Origin: Gemmatimonas sp. | GTDB lineage: Bacteria; Gemmatimonadota; Gemmatimonadetes; Gemmatimonadales; Gemmatimonadaceae | Length of the DNA: 64,000 nt | Assembly: GCA_965279375.1 (NCBI GenBank) | Contig: OZ257156.1 | Location: forward strand, 4,416,001-4,480,000 | Direction: 5' to 3' | Shown: in pieces, positions 22,140 to 30,029 of the stretch | Layout of the letters: each line of letters begins with the position of its first letter | Numbering within the stretch: position 1 is the first letter of the stretch | Notes under the pieces: model-generated | Told to the model about the DNA's origin: nothing | The model's database searches: none | Seen by the model: the letters and a program-made list of their open reading frames with translations, nothing else | Position numbers and translations under genes: made by a program

Positions 22140-23194
22140 CGACTGCGGTGCCGGAGCAAGCGACGGCGGAGGTCACGCCGCCGCGACGTCGTCGGGTGGG
22201 CGTGATCGGCAGCATGTGTTGGGATGTGATCCACGGTCGGGACAAGCGCGAAGTGCCCATCGAGGAATGGGGGGGCATTTCGTATTCGCTCTCGGGACTC
22301 GATGCCGCGCTCACCGACGACTGGGAAATCGTTCCGCTCATCAAGGTCGGCGACGATCTGGTGGACAAGGCACGCGCCTACATCCGGCAGTTGCGTCACA
22401 TCGCGCCCGACGCCGAACTGATCGCGGTTCCCTACCCCAACAATCGCGTCGAGCTGCGCTATCTCGACGATGAACGGCGCAGCGAGATTCTCTCGGGTGG
22501 CGTGCCCGCGTGGACGTGGGTGGCGCTCAAGCCGGTGCTCGATGCGGCGCGACTCGATGCGCTCTACATCAACTTTCTGAGTGGCTGGGAGCTCGATCTG
22601 CCCACCACGCAGATGGTGCGGGCGCACTTCGCGGGGCCGATCTACTGCGATCTGCACATGAAGATCTTTGCCGTGCAGCCCGATGGTCTGCGCGTCATGC
22701 GGCCGCTGCCGAACGTGGCAGAGTGGTGCGCCTGCTTCGATGTGCTACAGGTGAACGAAGACGAGATGAGCATGATGGCGCCCGATCCGATGGCGCTCGC
22801 GGCGACGGCGATGGCGGCCGGCTGCTCGTGCTTGTGCGTCACGCTTGGCAAACGCGGTGCGGTGTACGTCGCCGCGCCCAATGTGGAAACACTGCGCGAC
22901 CTGCCATTGCGTGATGTACCGGGTGCGCTGTCGACGGGATCGCGCGGGAGCGCCGGTACACTTGGTGCTGTTCGTACGGCCATCATCCCCTCGGTACCAC
23001 CGCGCATCGATGGGCCCGGCGATCCCACCGGCTGTGGTGATGTGTGGGGTTCCACCCATTTCTCTCGACTGCTCGCGGGTGATAACTTTGCGGATGCGAT
23101 CGCGGCTGCGAATCGCGCGGCGTCGCGCAACGTGGAGCATCGCGGAGCGAGTGGGTTGGCGAATCATCTTCGAGGGGAGCTCAGCGCGTCGTGA
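22136..23194 (+). CDS. PfkB/ribokinase-family carbohydrate kinase
   Basis: GTG start overlaps the ROK stop; WGGI, NEDE, VTLGKRG, DPTGCGDVW signature. Confidence 0.85.
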   Translation: MTTAVPEQATAEVTPPRRRRVGVIGSMCWDVIHGRDKREVPIEEWGGISYSLSGLDAALTDDWEIVPLIKVGDDLVDKARAYIRQLRHIAPDAELIAVPYPNNRVELRYLDDERRSEILSGGVPAWTWVALKPVLDAARLDALYINFLSGWELDLPTTQMVRAHFAGPIYCDLHMKIFAVQPDGLRVMRPLPNVAEWCACFDVLQVNEDEMSMMAPDPMALAATAMAAGCSCLCVTLGKRGAVYVAAPNVETLRDLPLRDVPGALSTGSRGSAGTLGAVRTAIIPSVPPRIDGPGDPTGCGDVWGSTHFSRLLAGDNFADAIAAANRAASRNVEHRGASGLANHLRGELSAS

Positions 23195-24135
23195 CCACCG
23201 TCATCAGCGTGCCGCAGTCGCTCGACGAGCCAGCGTTCGAATACATCTTCGAGCAGCTCGCGGCCGTTCCGCTGGGCGCGAAGATTCTGGTGGACGCGCG
23301 TCACGCACGCTGGGCCTCGCCATACGGACTCACGGCGCTGCTGTGTGTGGCGCAGTCGCGAGAAGAGCGCATGAGCTTCGCGGTGCCGGAGAGTGCAGAC
23401 GTGCTGTCGTATTGGTCGCGTGCCGGATTCTTCCGCTACGCCTCCGAGCTGTACGAATTGCACGGTACGGTGCCGCGTCCGCGTGAAGCGCACGAGTCGG
23501 ATGTGCTGCTCGAGATCACGCCCATCGTGAAGACCGACGACGTGCACGGCGTGGTGGGTCGCATTCAGCAAAAGGCCGCGGACATTCTGCATGGCCAGTT
23601 GAATCTCGATACGGCCATCACCGGTGCGTTCGGCATGACGCTCAGCGAATCGTGTCAGAACATCGTCGAGCACGCGGGGCACGGCGGGTGGGTCGCGGTG
23701 CAGTCGTACAACTACACCAAGCGCCTTGGCCGACGCGTCGTGGTGATCGCGGTGTGCGATGCGGGAATCGGCTTTCGCAAATCCCTGGAGAGCGCGCCCG
23801 GACATCGGCACAGCGATCGGTGGGATGACGCGATGGCGCTCGAGGACGCCGTGCTGCGTGCCGTCAGCCGCTTTCGTCATGGCGACAAAGGGCGTGGGCA
23901 GGGGTTGGCCGGCATTCGTCGCTTCGTGGGGCGCTGGCACGGCAAGCTGACCGTGCGCAGCGGCACCGCGCGCATCGCGATTTCTCCGGGCTGGGACGAG
24001 GACGTACCGATGACCGAGTCGCTCCCCGAGTTCCCCGGCACGCAGATGCAGATCACGATCCCGGCCAAGATCGGCGAATCGGCGCCACAGGCCCGCACGG
24101 GTGCGAGCACGCGTCCTCGGCCGCGCACGCCATGA
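23191..24135 (+). CDS. STAS-like domain + GHKL/HATPase anti-sigma-type kinase (CapK-like)
   Basis: N-terminal ILVDARHARWASPYGL; N-box LSESCQNIVEHAG, G1 CDAGIG, G2 GRGQGL, G3 PGT. Confidence 0.8.
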   Translation: MTTVISVPQSLDEPAFEYIFEQLAAVPLGAKILVDARHARWASPYGLTALLCVAQSREERMSFAVPESADVLSYWSRAGFFRYASELYELHGTVPRPREAHESDVLLEITPIVKTDDVHGVVGRIQQKAADILHGQLNLDTAITGAFGMTLSESCQNIVEHAGHGGWVAVQSYNYTKRLGRRVVVIAVCDAGIGFRKSLESAPGHRHSDRWDDAMALEDAVLRAVSRFRHGDKGRGQGLAGIRRFVGRWHGKLTVRSGTARIAISPGWDEDVPMTESLPEFPGTQMQITIPAKIGESAPQARTGASTRPRPRTP

Positions 24136-24145
24136 CGTGCTTCCT

Positions 24146-24703
24146 ATGAGCCTGGAAATCGACGTCAGCACCGTCCTGCGCGGCACGGTGTGCGACCTGT
24201 ACTCGAATCTCGTCACGCGTCCGACTGGCGCCGCCGTTCGGACCGCCATCGAGCGGCAGGTGTTTGAGATCGGAACGCCGGTTGTGACGACGATCGATTT
24301 TTCGCAGGTGAACCTGCTCGACTTTTCCTGCGCCGACGAGATCGTGGCCAAGCTGCTGCTCCGCTACATCGACAGCGACGGCCCCACGGGCTACCTGCTC
24401 TTCCGCGGCATCACCGAGGAACATCTCGATCCCATCGAGGTGGTACTGGAGCGGCACGCGCTGGCGTTGGTCGCCTTGTTCGACGGCATGGCCGAGTTGT
24501 ATGGCGTGGTGACCGAGGACGAACGGCTCCACTGGGAGGCGGTGCGCGACCACGGCCCTGTGACGACTGGCAACGTTGCGTCGTTGCTAGGGATCGAGCA
24601 CGACATCACCGCGCAGCACCTGGATCGCCTGCGGCAACGCCGGCTGTTGATGCATCACGCACACGGATTTGCGGTCCCTGGTACCGCCACGGAGGTCACA
24701 TGA
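24146..24703 (+). CDS. STAS-like (DUF4325-type) + winged-helix protein (CapS-like)
   Basis: LVTRPTG...IDFSQVNLLDFSCADEIVAKL; C-terminal HTH-like VTTGNVASLLGIEHDITAQHLDRLRQRRLL. Confidence 0.7.
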   Translation: MSLEIDVSTVLRGTVCDLYSNLVTRPTGAAVRTAIERQVFEIGTPVVTTIDFSQVNLLDFSCADEIVAKLLLRYIDSDGPTGYLLFRGITEEHLDPIEVVLERHALALVALFDGMAELYGVVTEDERLHWEAVRDHGPVTTGNVASLLGIEHDITAQHLDRLRQRRLLMHHAHGFAVPGTATEVT

Positions 24704-25029
24704 TTCCGACAGGCAAATCGAACCGGAACCCCAAGGGCTTCGGTAGTTACTCGCCGCCGCTGCTCGTCGCCGGTTTCATCTCCACGCGCAGCGGCGACGC
24801 TGAACGCGGGCCGCTGATCCGCATGCGCTCCGACGATGCCGCGTTGCGCCTCATCAGCGACCACGAGCTGGTTCGCATCGTGACCGATCGCCGTCAGGAG
24901 CTGGCTGAGCTGCGCCTCGATGACACGCTGCGTCGTGGCGAGGTGGTGTTGCGCGATGTGGTGGGTGCGTCGATCAGTGAGGTCATCCGCGTCGTCAAGC
25001 TGGATACCGACGCCGGCACGCGCGCGTGA
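24700..25029 (+). CDS. Small hypothetical protein, possible double-psi beta-barrel fold
   Basis: ATGA and GTGA overlaps on both sides; GGAGG RBS; PLIRMRSDDAALRLISDHELVRIVT...DDTLRRGEVVL resembles Molydop_binding/CDC48_N patterns. Confidence 0.65.
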   Translation: MIPTGKSNRNPKGFGSYSPPLLVAGFISTRSGDAERGPLIRMRSDDAALRLISDHELVRIVTDRRQELAELRLDDTLRRGEVVLRDVVGASISEVIRVVKLDTDAGTRA

Positions 25030-26069
25030 GCGAAGTCGGCGACGCCGTTCGCGGTGACGCTCGTGTGAACGCTCATGCCGATGCGCGTGCGACGGTGGCA
25101 GTACATGGCGGACGCGTCGAGCAGCGACTGGCGGCGCTGGAGCAGGCAGAAGCGGCGATCGTGCTGAGCAGTGGTATGGCCGCGTTGACGTGCACGATGC
25201 TGGCGCTGCTGCGTGCCGGCGATCATGTGGTGGCCGGCAGCTGGCTGCACGACGAGGCGCGCCGATTTTTCCAGCATGAACTGCCCAATCTTGGCATCGA
25301 CGTGACCTTCGTCGACCCCACGGAGGCGCGCGGCTGGCGCCGTGCGACTCGCGGCAACACGCGCCTGTTTTTCGTGTCATCGCCGGTCAATCCGACCACG
25401 CGCGTCGTCGATCTCAATCCCCCGCGCCTGCTCGCGCAGGAACTCGGCATCGCATTGGTGGTCGATGCCACGTTCGCCAGCCCGATCGCCTTCCGGCCGC
25501 TCGAGCAAGGCGCGGACGTGGTGATTCACTCGGGTGCGGTCTATTTGCACGGTGAGTTCGGGCTGCACGCCGGCGTCGTCTGTGGCGCGGAGGCGGTGAT
25601 CGACGAAGTGCAGGACAAGATGGCCGTCTGGGGACACGCCCCCGATCCCGTCACAGTGGATTCACTGGGCCGCAGTCTCAAGACGCTCGAGATTCGCGTG
25701 CGTCGGCAGTGCGAGAACGCCGCGCAGATTGCGCAGTGGGCCGAGGCTCGTCCACAGAGTGCGCGCGTGCTCTATCCCGGGCTCGCGTCACACCCGGATC
25801 ACGCGATCGCCTCCACCACACTCGACGCTTTTGGCAGCATGATTCTGATCGAGCTGGCCCCGCCGCTCTCTGCGGCCTCGCTCGTGTCGCAGCTGCGCCT
25901 GTTCCGCGACACGCCGACACTGGGCGGCGTGGACTCGCTGGCGTGTGCCATCAGCGAGCGGGCCGTGCGCCTGGCCGTTGGTGTGGAAGACGCGGGTGAC
26001 CTGATGCGGGATCTCGAGCAGGCCATCGAGCACGTAGTCGAGCACGCAGTCGAACGGACGTCGGAGTAG
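25026..26069 (+). CDS. Cys/Met metabolism PLP-fold protein lacking the Schiff-base lysine
   Basis: SSGMAA, NPT, VVDATFASP, GADVVIHS, YPGL, LGGVDSL, RLAVGVED; HSATK is replaced by HSGAV. Confidence 0.85.
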   Translation: MSEVGDAVRGDARVNAHADARATVAVHGGRVEQRLAALEQAEAAIVLSSGMAALTCTMLALLRAGDHVVAGSWLHDEARRFFQHELPNLGIDVTFVDPTEARGWRRATRGNTRLFFVSSPVNPTTRVVDLNPPRLLAQELGIALVVDATFASPIAFRPLEQGADVVIHSGAVYLHGEFGLHAGVVCGAEAVIDEVQDKMAVWGHAPDPVTVDSLGRSLKTLEIRVRRQCENAAQIAQWAEARPQSARVLYPGLASHPDHAIASTTLDAFGSMILIELAPPLSAASLVSQLRLFRDTPTLGGVDSLACAISERAVRLAVGVEDAGDLMRDLEQAIEHVVEHAVERTSE

Positions 26070-26072
26070 CGC

Positions 26073-26783
26073 GTGGCGGGCATTCTTCGTCTCACCAGGG
26101 TGACCAAGGAGTATCCGCGGTCGGGTGTCGCGCTGCGCGATGTGTCGTTCGAATTGGCGAAGGGCGAGTTTCTCTTTCTCGCTGGCCACAGCGGCGCGGG
26201 CAAGAGCACGCTGCTCAAGCTGCTCTCCATGGCCGAACGCCCAACGATCGGGGAAGTGAAGATCTCCGGCTATTCGTCGGCGACGCTCAAGGACCGCGAG
26301 CTTCCCAAGCTGCGACGCAAACTGGGGATCGTCTTCCAGGATTTCCGTCTGCTCCCCGACCGCACGGCCGAACAAAACGTGGCCTTCGCGCTGGAAGTGA
26401 CGGGCGCGCCGCATGCATCCATCAGTCCCAAGGTTGCACGCTTGCTCACCCAAGTCGGACTCGCGTCCAAGGCGACTGCCTTTCCGCACGAGCTCTCCGG
26501 CGGTGAACAGCAACGCGTCGCGATTGCGCGAGCGCTGGCCAACGATCCGTTCGTGCTGCTGGCCGACGAGCCCACGGGCAATCTCGACGACCGCGCGACG
26601 CGTGGCATCTTCCAGCTGCTGCGCGAGATCAACGCCTCGGGTACGGCTGTGCTGATGGCGACGCACGACGTGTCGCTGATCGAGTGGAGCGGGCTGCGTT
26701 TTCTCGAACTGGACAAGGGCGAGCTCGCGTACGACGGTGACGATGCCGCGCGATTGGTGGCCGATCTCCGAGGCCGTCGATGA
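26073..26783 (+). CDS. ftsE: Cell division ATP-binding protein FtsE
   Basis: GHSGAGKST, LRRKLGIVFQDFRLL, LSGGEQQRV, ADEPTGNLD. Confidence 0.95.
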   Translation: MAGILRLTRVTKEYPRSGVALRDVSFELAKGEFLFLAGHSGAGKSTLLKLLSMAERPTIGEVKISGYSSATLKDRELPKLRRKLGIVFQDFRLLPDRTAEQNVAFALEVTGAPHASISPKVARLLTQVGLASKATAFPHELSGGEQQRVAIARALANDPFVLLADEPTGNLDDRATRGIFQLLREINASGTAVLMATHDVSLIEWSGLRFLELDKGELAYDGDDAARLVADLRGRR

Positions 26784-27640
26784 GGCTCGCCTGGCGCGAA
26801 GTCGTGCTCGCCTTTCGTCGCGCGCCGGTGTTGGCGCTATTGGGCATCACCACGATCGCCTTTTCGCTGTTCGCGTTCGGGTTGTTCGGGCTGGTGGCGA
26901 TCAACCTGCGCACGGCACTGCTGGAAGTTGAAGACCGCGTAGAGATCCGCGCGTTCCTCGTGGCGCGCGTCGGCGACGACATCGTCAGCGGTATAGTGCA
27001 GACGATGCAGAAGCAGCCGGAAGTGCTGGACGTGGGCTATGTGAGCCCGGACTCCGCGCTGCAGCGCGCGCGCAGCGAGCTGGCGGAGTTCCGCGACGTG
27101 ATGGACAGCTCGGTGCTGCCCGGGTCCATCGAAGTGCGCCTGCGCGCCGGCTCGCGCGATCCGCAAACGGTCAAGCGCATCTCCAACCGGCTGCAGGCGT
27201 TTCCGCAGGTGGAGGATGTGCGCTACGGTCGCGAATGGGTGGAGAAGCTGTATCGCATTCGCACGATAGCCGGCGTGGCCGGCACCGGACTCGCCGTGGT
27301 GTTCGCGATGGTGGCCGTGATCATCATCGGTGCCACCATCCGTATGGCCATTCTAGCGCGCACACGCGAGATCGAGATCATGCGCATGGTCGGCGCCACC
27401 AACGGCTTCGTGCGCTTGCCGTATCTGATCGACGGTCTGCTCAAAGGGCTCGCCGGCGGCGCCATCGCGGTCGGCATGGCGTACGCCGCCAACAGCGTGA
27501 TTTCGCGCTATCTAGTGGCCACTCAGTTCTTCACGCTCGAACAGATCGCGATGGGCGTGCTGGCAGGCGCCTGCATCGGATTTGTGGGCAGCTGGATTTC
27601 GGTGGGCCGCCAGCTGAAACAGGTCTGGCGCGACGCGTGA
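26780..27640 (+). CDS. ftsX: Cell division permease FtsX
   Basis: Four TM segments, periplasmic loop, REIEIMRMVGATNGFVRLP. Confidence 0.93.
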   Translation: MRLAWREVVLAFRRAPVLALLGITTIAFSLFAFGLFGLVAINLRTALLEVEDRVEIRAFLVARVGDDIVSGIVQTMQKQPEVLDVGYVSPDSALQRARSELAEFRDVMDSSVLPGSIEVRLRAGSRDPQTVKRISNRLQAFPQVEDVRYGREWVEKLYRIRTIAGVAGTGLAVVFAMVAVIIIGATIRMAILARTREIEIMRMVGATNGFVRLPYLIDGLLKGLAGGAIAVGMAYAANSVISRYLVATQFFTLEQIAMGVLAGACIGFVGSWISVGRQLKQVWRDA

Positions 27641-28890
27641 GCACGTTGCGCGTGCACACGACCGGCGTGGGCCTTGGACGGCTCCGCGCCGCGGCCGTCG
27701 TCGTGCTGGGTACGCTCGCTCTCTCCGTGAGCGCACCGGTCGGCTCGGCGCAGCAGCCGCCGGCCACGGCGACCACCGATGCACGCCTTCGCCAGCAGCA
27801 GGACGAGCTCGACAGGCTGCGCCGAGAGCGCAGCACGCTCGAGCGGCGCATGGAAGAGTTGCAGCGGAGCGCACGCACACTCGCGGATGAAGTCATGAAT
27901 CTCGAGGCGCAGCGCGTCACCACGCTGCGGCTCGTGGAAGCGCTCGACCGTCAGCTCAGTACCATCACGCGCGAAGTGACCAACGCGAACGAAGGGATGG
28001 TGCAGGCGGAGCAGGAGCTATCCTCGAAGAAGGGCATCCTCCACCGGCGCATGGTGGACATCTACAAGCGTGGCAGTCTGTACGATGTGGAGGCGATGCT
28101 CTCGGCACAGAGCTTCGCGTCGCTGGTGGCGCGCTACAAATATCTGCACGAGCTCACCCTGCACGATCGCACGCTCGTGCGCCGCGTGGAGGCACTGCGC
28201 AACAAGATCGCCGCGCAACGCCAGCTACTCGTGCGCTTGCAGGAAGAGATCACGTGGAACCGCGCGGAAAAGTCACGTGAAGCGCAGCGTCTCCGTGATC
28301 TCGAGGGCAACCGCAAGCGCAATCTCACCGTCGTGCAGCGCACCACCGAGCAGACGCGCGATCGGCTGACGCAACTGGCGCGCGACGAGTCGCGTGTAGC
28401 AGGAGTGATCGCGGCGTTGGAAACCGCGCGCCGCCGCGCCGAGATGGCCCCCAATGCGCGTCCAGCGGCGCCATCGAGCATTCGTACGTCGGATCTGGGA
28501 CGCCTCGACTGGCCGGTGGATGGCACGATCCTCTATCGCTTCGGTCGTGTGGTGAACCCCAACAACACCACGACCCGCTGGAACGGCGTCGGCATTGGGA
28601 CGGCAGTGGGCAGTGCGGTGCACAGCATCGCGGCTGGCGAAGTCGTGCTGGCGGACAACGTCGGTACCTATGGTCCGACCGTCATCGTGCAGCATGGTGG
28701 TGGCGACTATTCGGTGTACGGCTCGCTCTCGCGCATCGATGTGCGGAAGGGACAGGAGATCACCAAGGGGCAAACGATCGGCGCCGTTGGCGCGACCGAT
28801 CCGGACCTGCCGCCGCATCTGCACTTCGAGATCCGCCCCAAGGGACGCGCCGTCGATCCGCTCGAATGGCTGCGCAGTCAGCGTCGCTGA
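27637..28890 (+). CDS. envC: Murein hydrolase activator EnvC family (coiled coil + M23/LytM)
   Basis: GTG start overlaps the ftsX stop; signal peptide; long coiled coil; LDWPVDG, WNGVGI (degenerate HxxxD), LHFEIR. Confidence 0.88.
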   Translation: MSTLRVHTTGVGLGRLRAAAVVVLGTLALSVSAPVGSAQQPPATATTDARLRQQQDELDRLRRERSTLERRMEELQRSARTLADEVMNLEAQRVTTLRLVEALDRQLSTITREVTNANEGMVQAEQELSSKKGILHRRMVDIYKRGSLYDVEAMLSAQSFASLVARYKYLHELTLHDRTLVRRVEALRNKIAAQRQLLVRLQEEITWNRAEKSREAQRLRDLEGNRKRNLTVVQRTTEQTRDRLTQLARDESRVAGVIAALETARRRAEMAPNARPAAPSSIRTSDLGRLDWPVDGTILYRFGRVVNPNNTTTRWNGVGIGTAVGSAVHSIAAGEVVLADNVGTYGPTVIVQHGGGDYSVYGSLSRIDVRKGQEITKGQTIGAVGATDPDLPPHLHFEIRPKGRAVDPLEWLRSQRR

Positions 28891-28912
28891 CGACGCGACT
28901 GCTGGCGTGGGC

Positions 28913-28989
28913 GTTGATTCGGTGACGGTTCGCTGTTGATTCAAGCGTGACTCCACCCCGAGTCAACGTCGATTCGACCGCGACTTCCC
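28913..28989. repeat. Tandem array of seven degenerate palindromic 11-mers (consensus GTYGANTCRAC)
   Basis: GANTC at 28916, 28938, 28949, 28960, 28971 and one-mismatch copies at 28927 and 28982, all on an 11-bp lattice. Confidence 0.75.
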
Positions 28990-29000
28990 ACGCCCTGATC

Positions 29001-30002
29001 ATGCCCGCCAAGAAATCCGCCGCCAAGTCGCCTGCTGCGACGCCCGCCGCCAAGAAGGCCACCGCCAAGAAGGCCGCCGCCAAGAAGGCCTCGCCCAAAG
29101 CGCCGCCGATCACCGCACCCATTACTGTCGATGCGGGCGACGCCGCGGCCGACCGTGCGCCGCTCGGCGCGCACGTCTCCATCGCCGGTGGAACCTGGGA
29201 AGCGGCCGCGCGCGCGCGCGAGATCAGCGCGACGGGCTCACAGATCTTCACCAAGCAGGCCAATCGCTGGCTGGAACGCGACATCGAACCCGCCGAAGCG
29301 ACGCAGTACACCACGGCGATGCGCGAGACGACAGTACGCTGGACGTGCGCGCACGATTCGTATCTCATCAACCTCGCGTCGCCCGACGCCGAGCTTCGCG
29401 CGCGCTCGACAGAAAGCTTCCGCGCGGAACTGCGCCGCTGCCATGCACTCGGACTCGATGCGCTCGTCTCGCATCCCGGCAATTTCATGGACGATCGCGC
29501 GAGCGGCATCGCGCGCAACGCCGACGGCATCACGCAGGCGCTGGAAGCGGAGCACGGACCGACACGGCTGCTGATGGAGCTCACCGCAGGACAGGGCACG
29601 GTGCTGGGCAGCACCTTCGAAGAAATGGCCGAGCTGCTGTCGCGCATTCCCGCAGCGCTGCGTAAGCGCGTGGGCGTGTGTCTGGACACGGCGCACGTCT
29701 GGGCCGCCGGCTACGACTTGATCACCGACTACGACGGCGTCATCGCCAAGTTCGACGACGTGATCGGCCTCGCACATCTGGGCTGCCTGCACCTCAACGA
29801 CTCCAAGGCCAAACTGGGCTCGCACCTCGATCGACACGAGTTGATCGCGGAGGGGACGATTGGCGGAGACGTCTTCCGCCGCATCATGACCGATGATCGG
29901 TTGGCGACAGTACCGAAGATCATCGAGACTCCGAAAGGCGATACGCCCGCCGAAACCGACGGGCGTATGCTCCGATTGCTGCGCTCCTACGCCGCGGGCT
30001 GA
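29001..30002 (+). CDS. nfo: Endonuclease IV with N-terminal AKK-rich extension
   Basis: LGAHVSIAGG, HDSYLINLAS, HPG, ELTAGQG, CLDTAH, HLNDSK, DRHE, IIETP. Confidence 0.95.
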   Translation: MPAKKSAAKSPAATPAAKKATAKKAAAKKASPKAPPITAPITVDAGDAAADRAPLGAHVSIAGGTWEAAARAREISATGSQIFTKQANRWLERDIEPAEATQYTTAMRETTVRWTCAHDSYLINLASPDAELRARSTESFRAELRRCHALGLDALVSHPGNFMDDRASGIARNADGITQALEAEHGPTRLLMELTAGQGTVLGSTFEEMAELLSRIPAALRKRVGVCLDTAHVWAAGYDLITDYDGVIAKFDDVIGLAHLGCLHLNDSKAKLGSHLDRHELIAEGTIGGDVFRRIMTDDRLATVPKIIETPKGDTPAETDGRMLRLLRSYAAG

Positions 30003-30029
30003 TCGCGGCGCAGGAGCGTCGAAGGCAGA

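Noticed and set aside
21443..23194. 583-aa ORF overlapping the ROK kinase (similarly 27235-28890 and 58329-59558)
   Set aside because: The Arg-rich upstream parts are off-frame readings of the preceding genes; real starts are 22136, 27637 and 58623, with no frameshift signal seen
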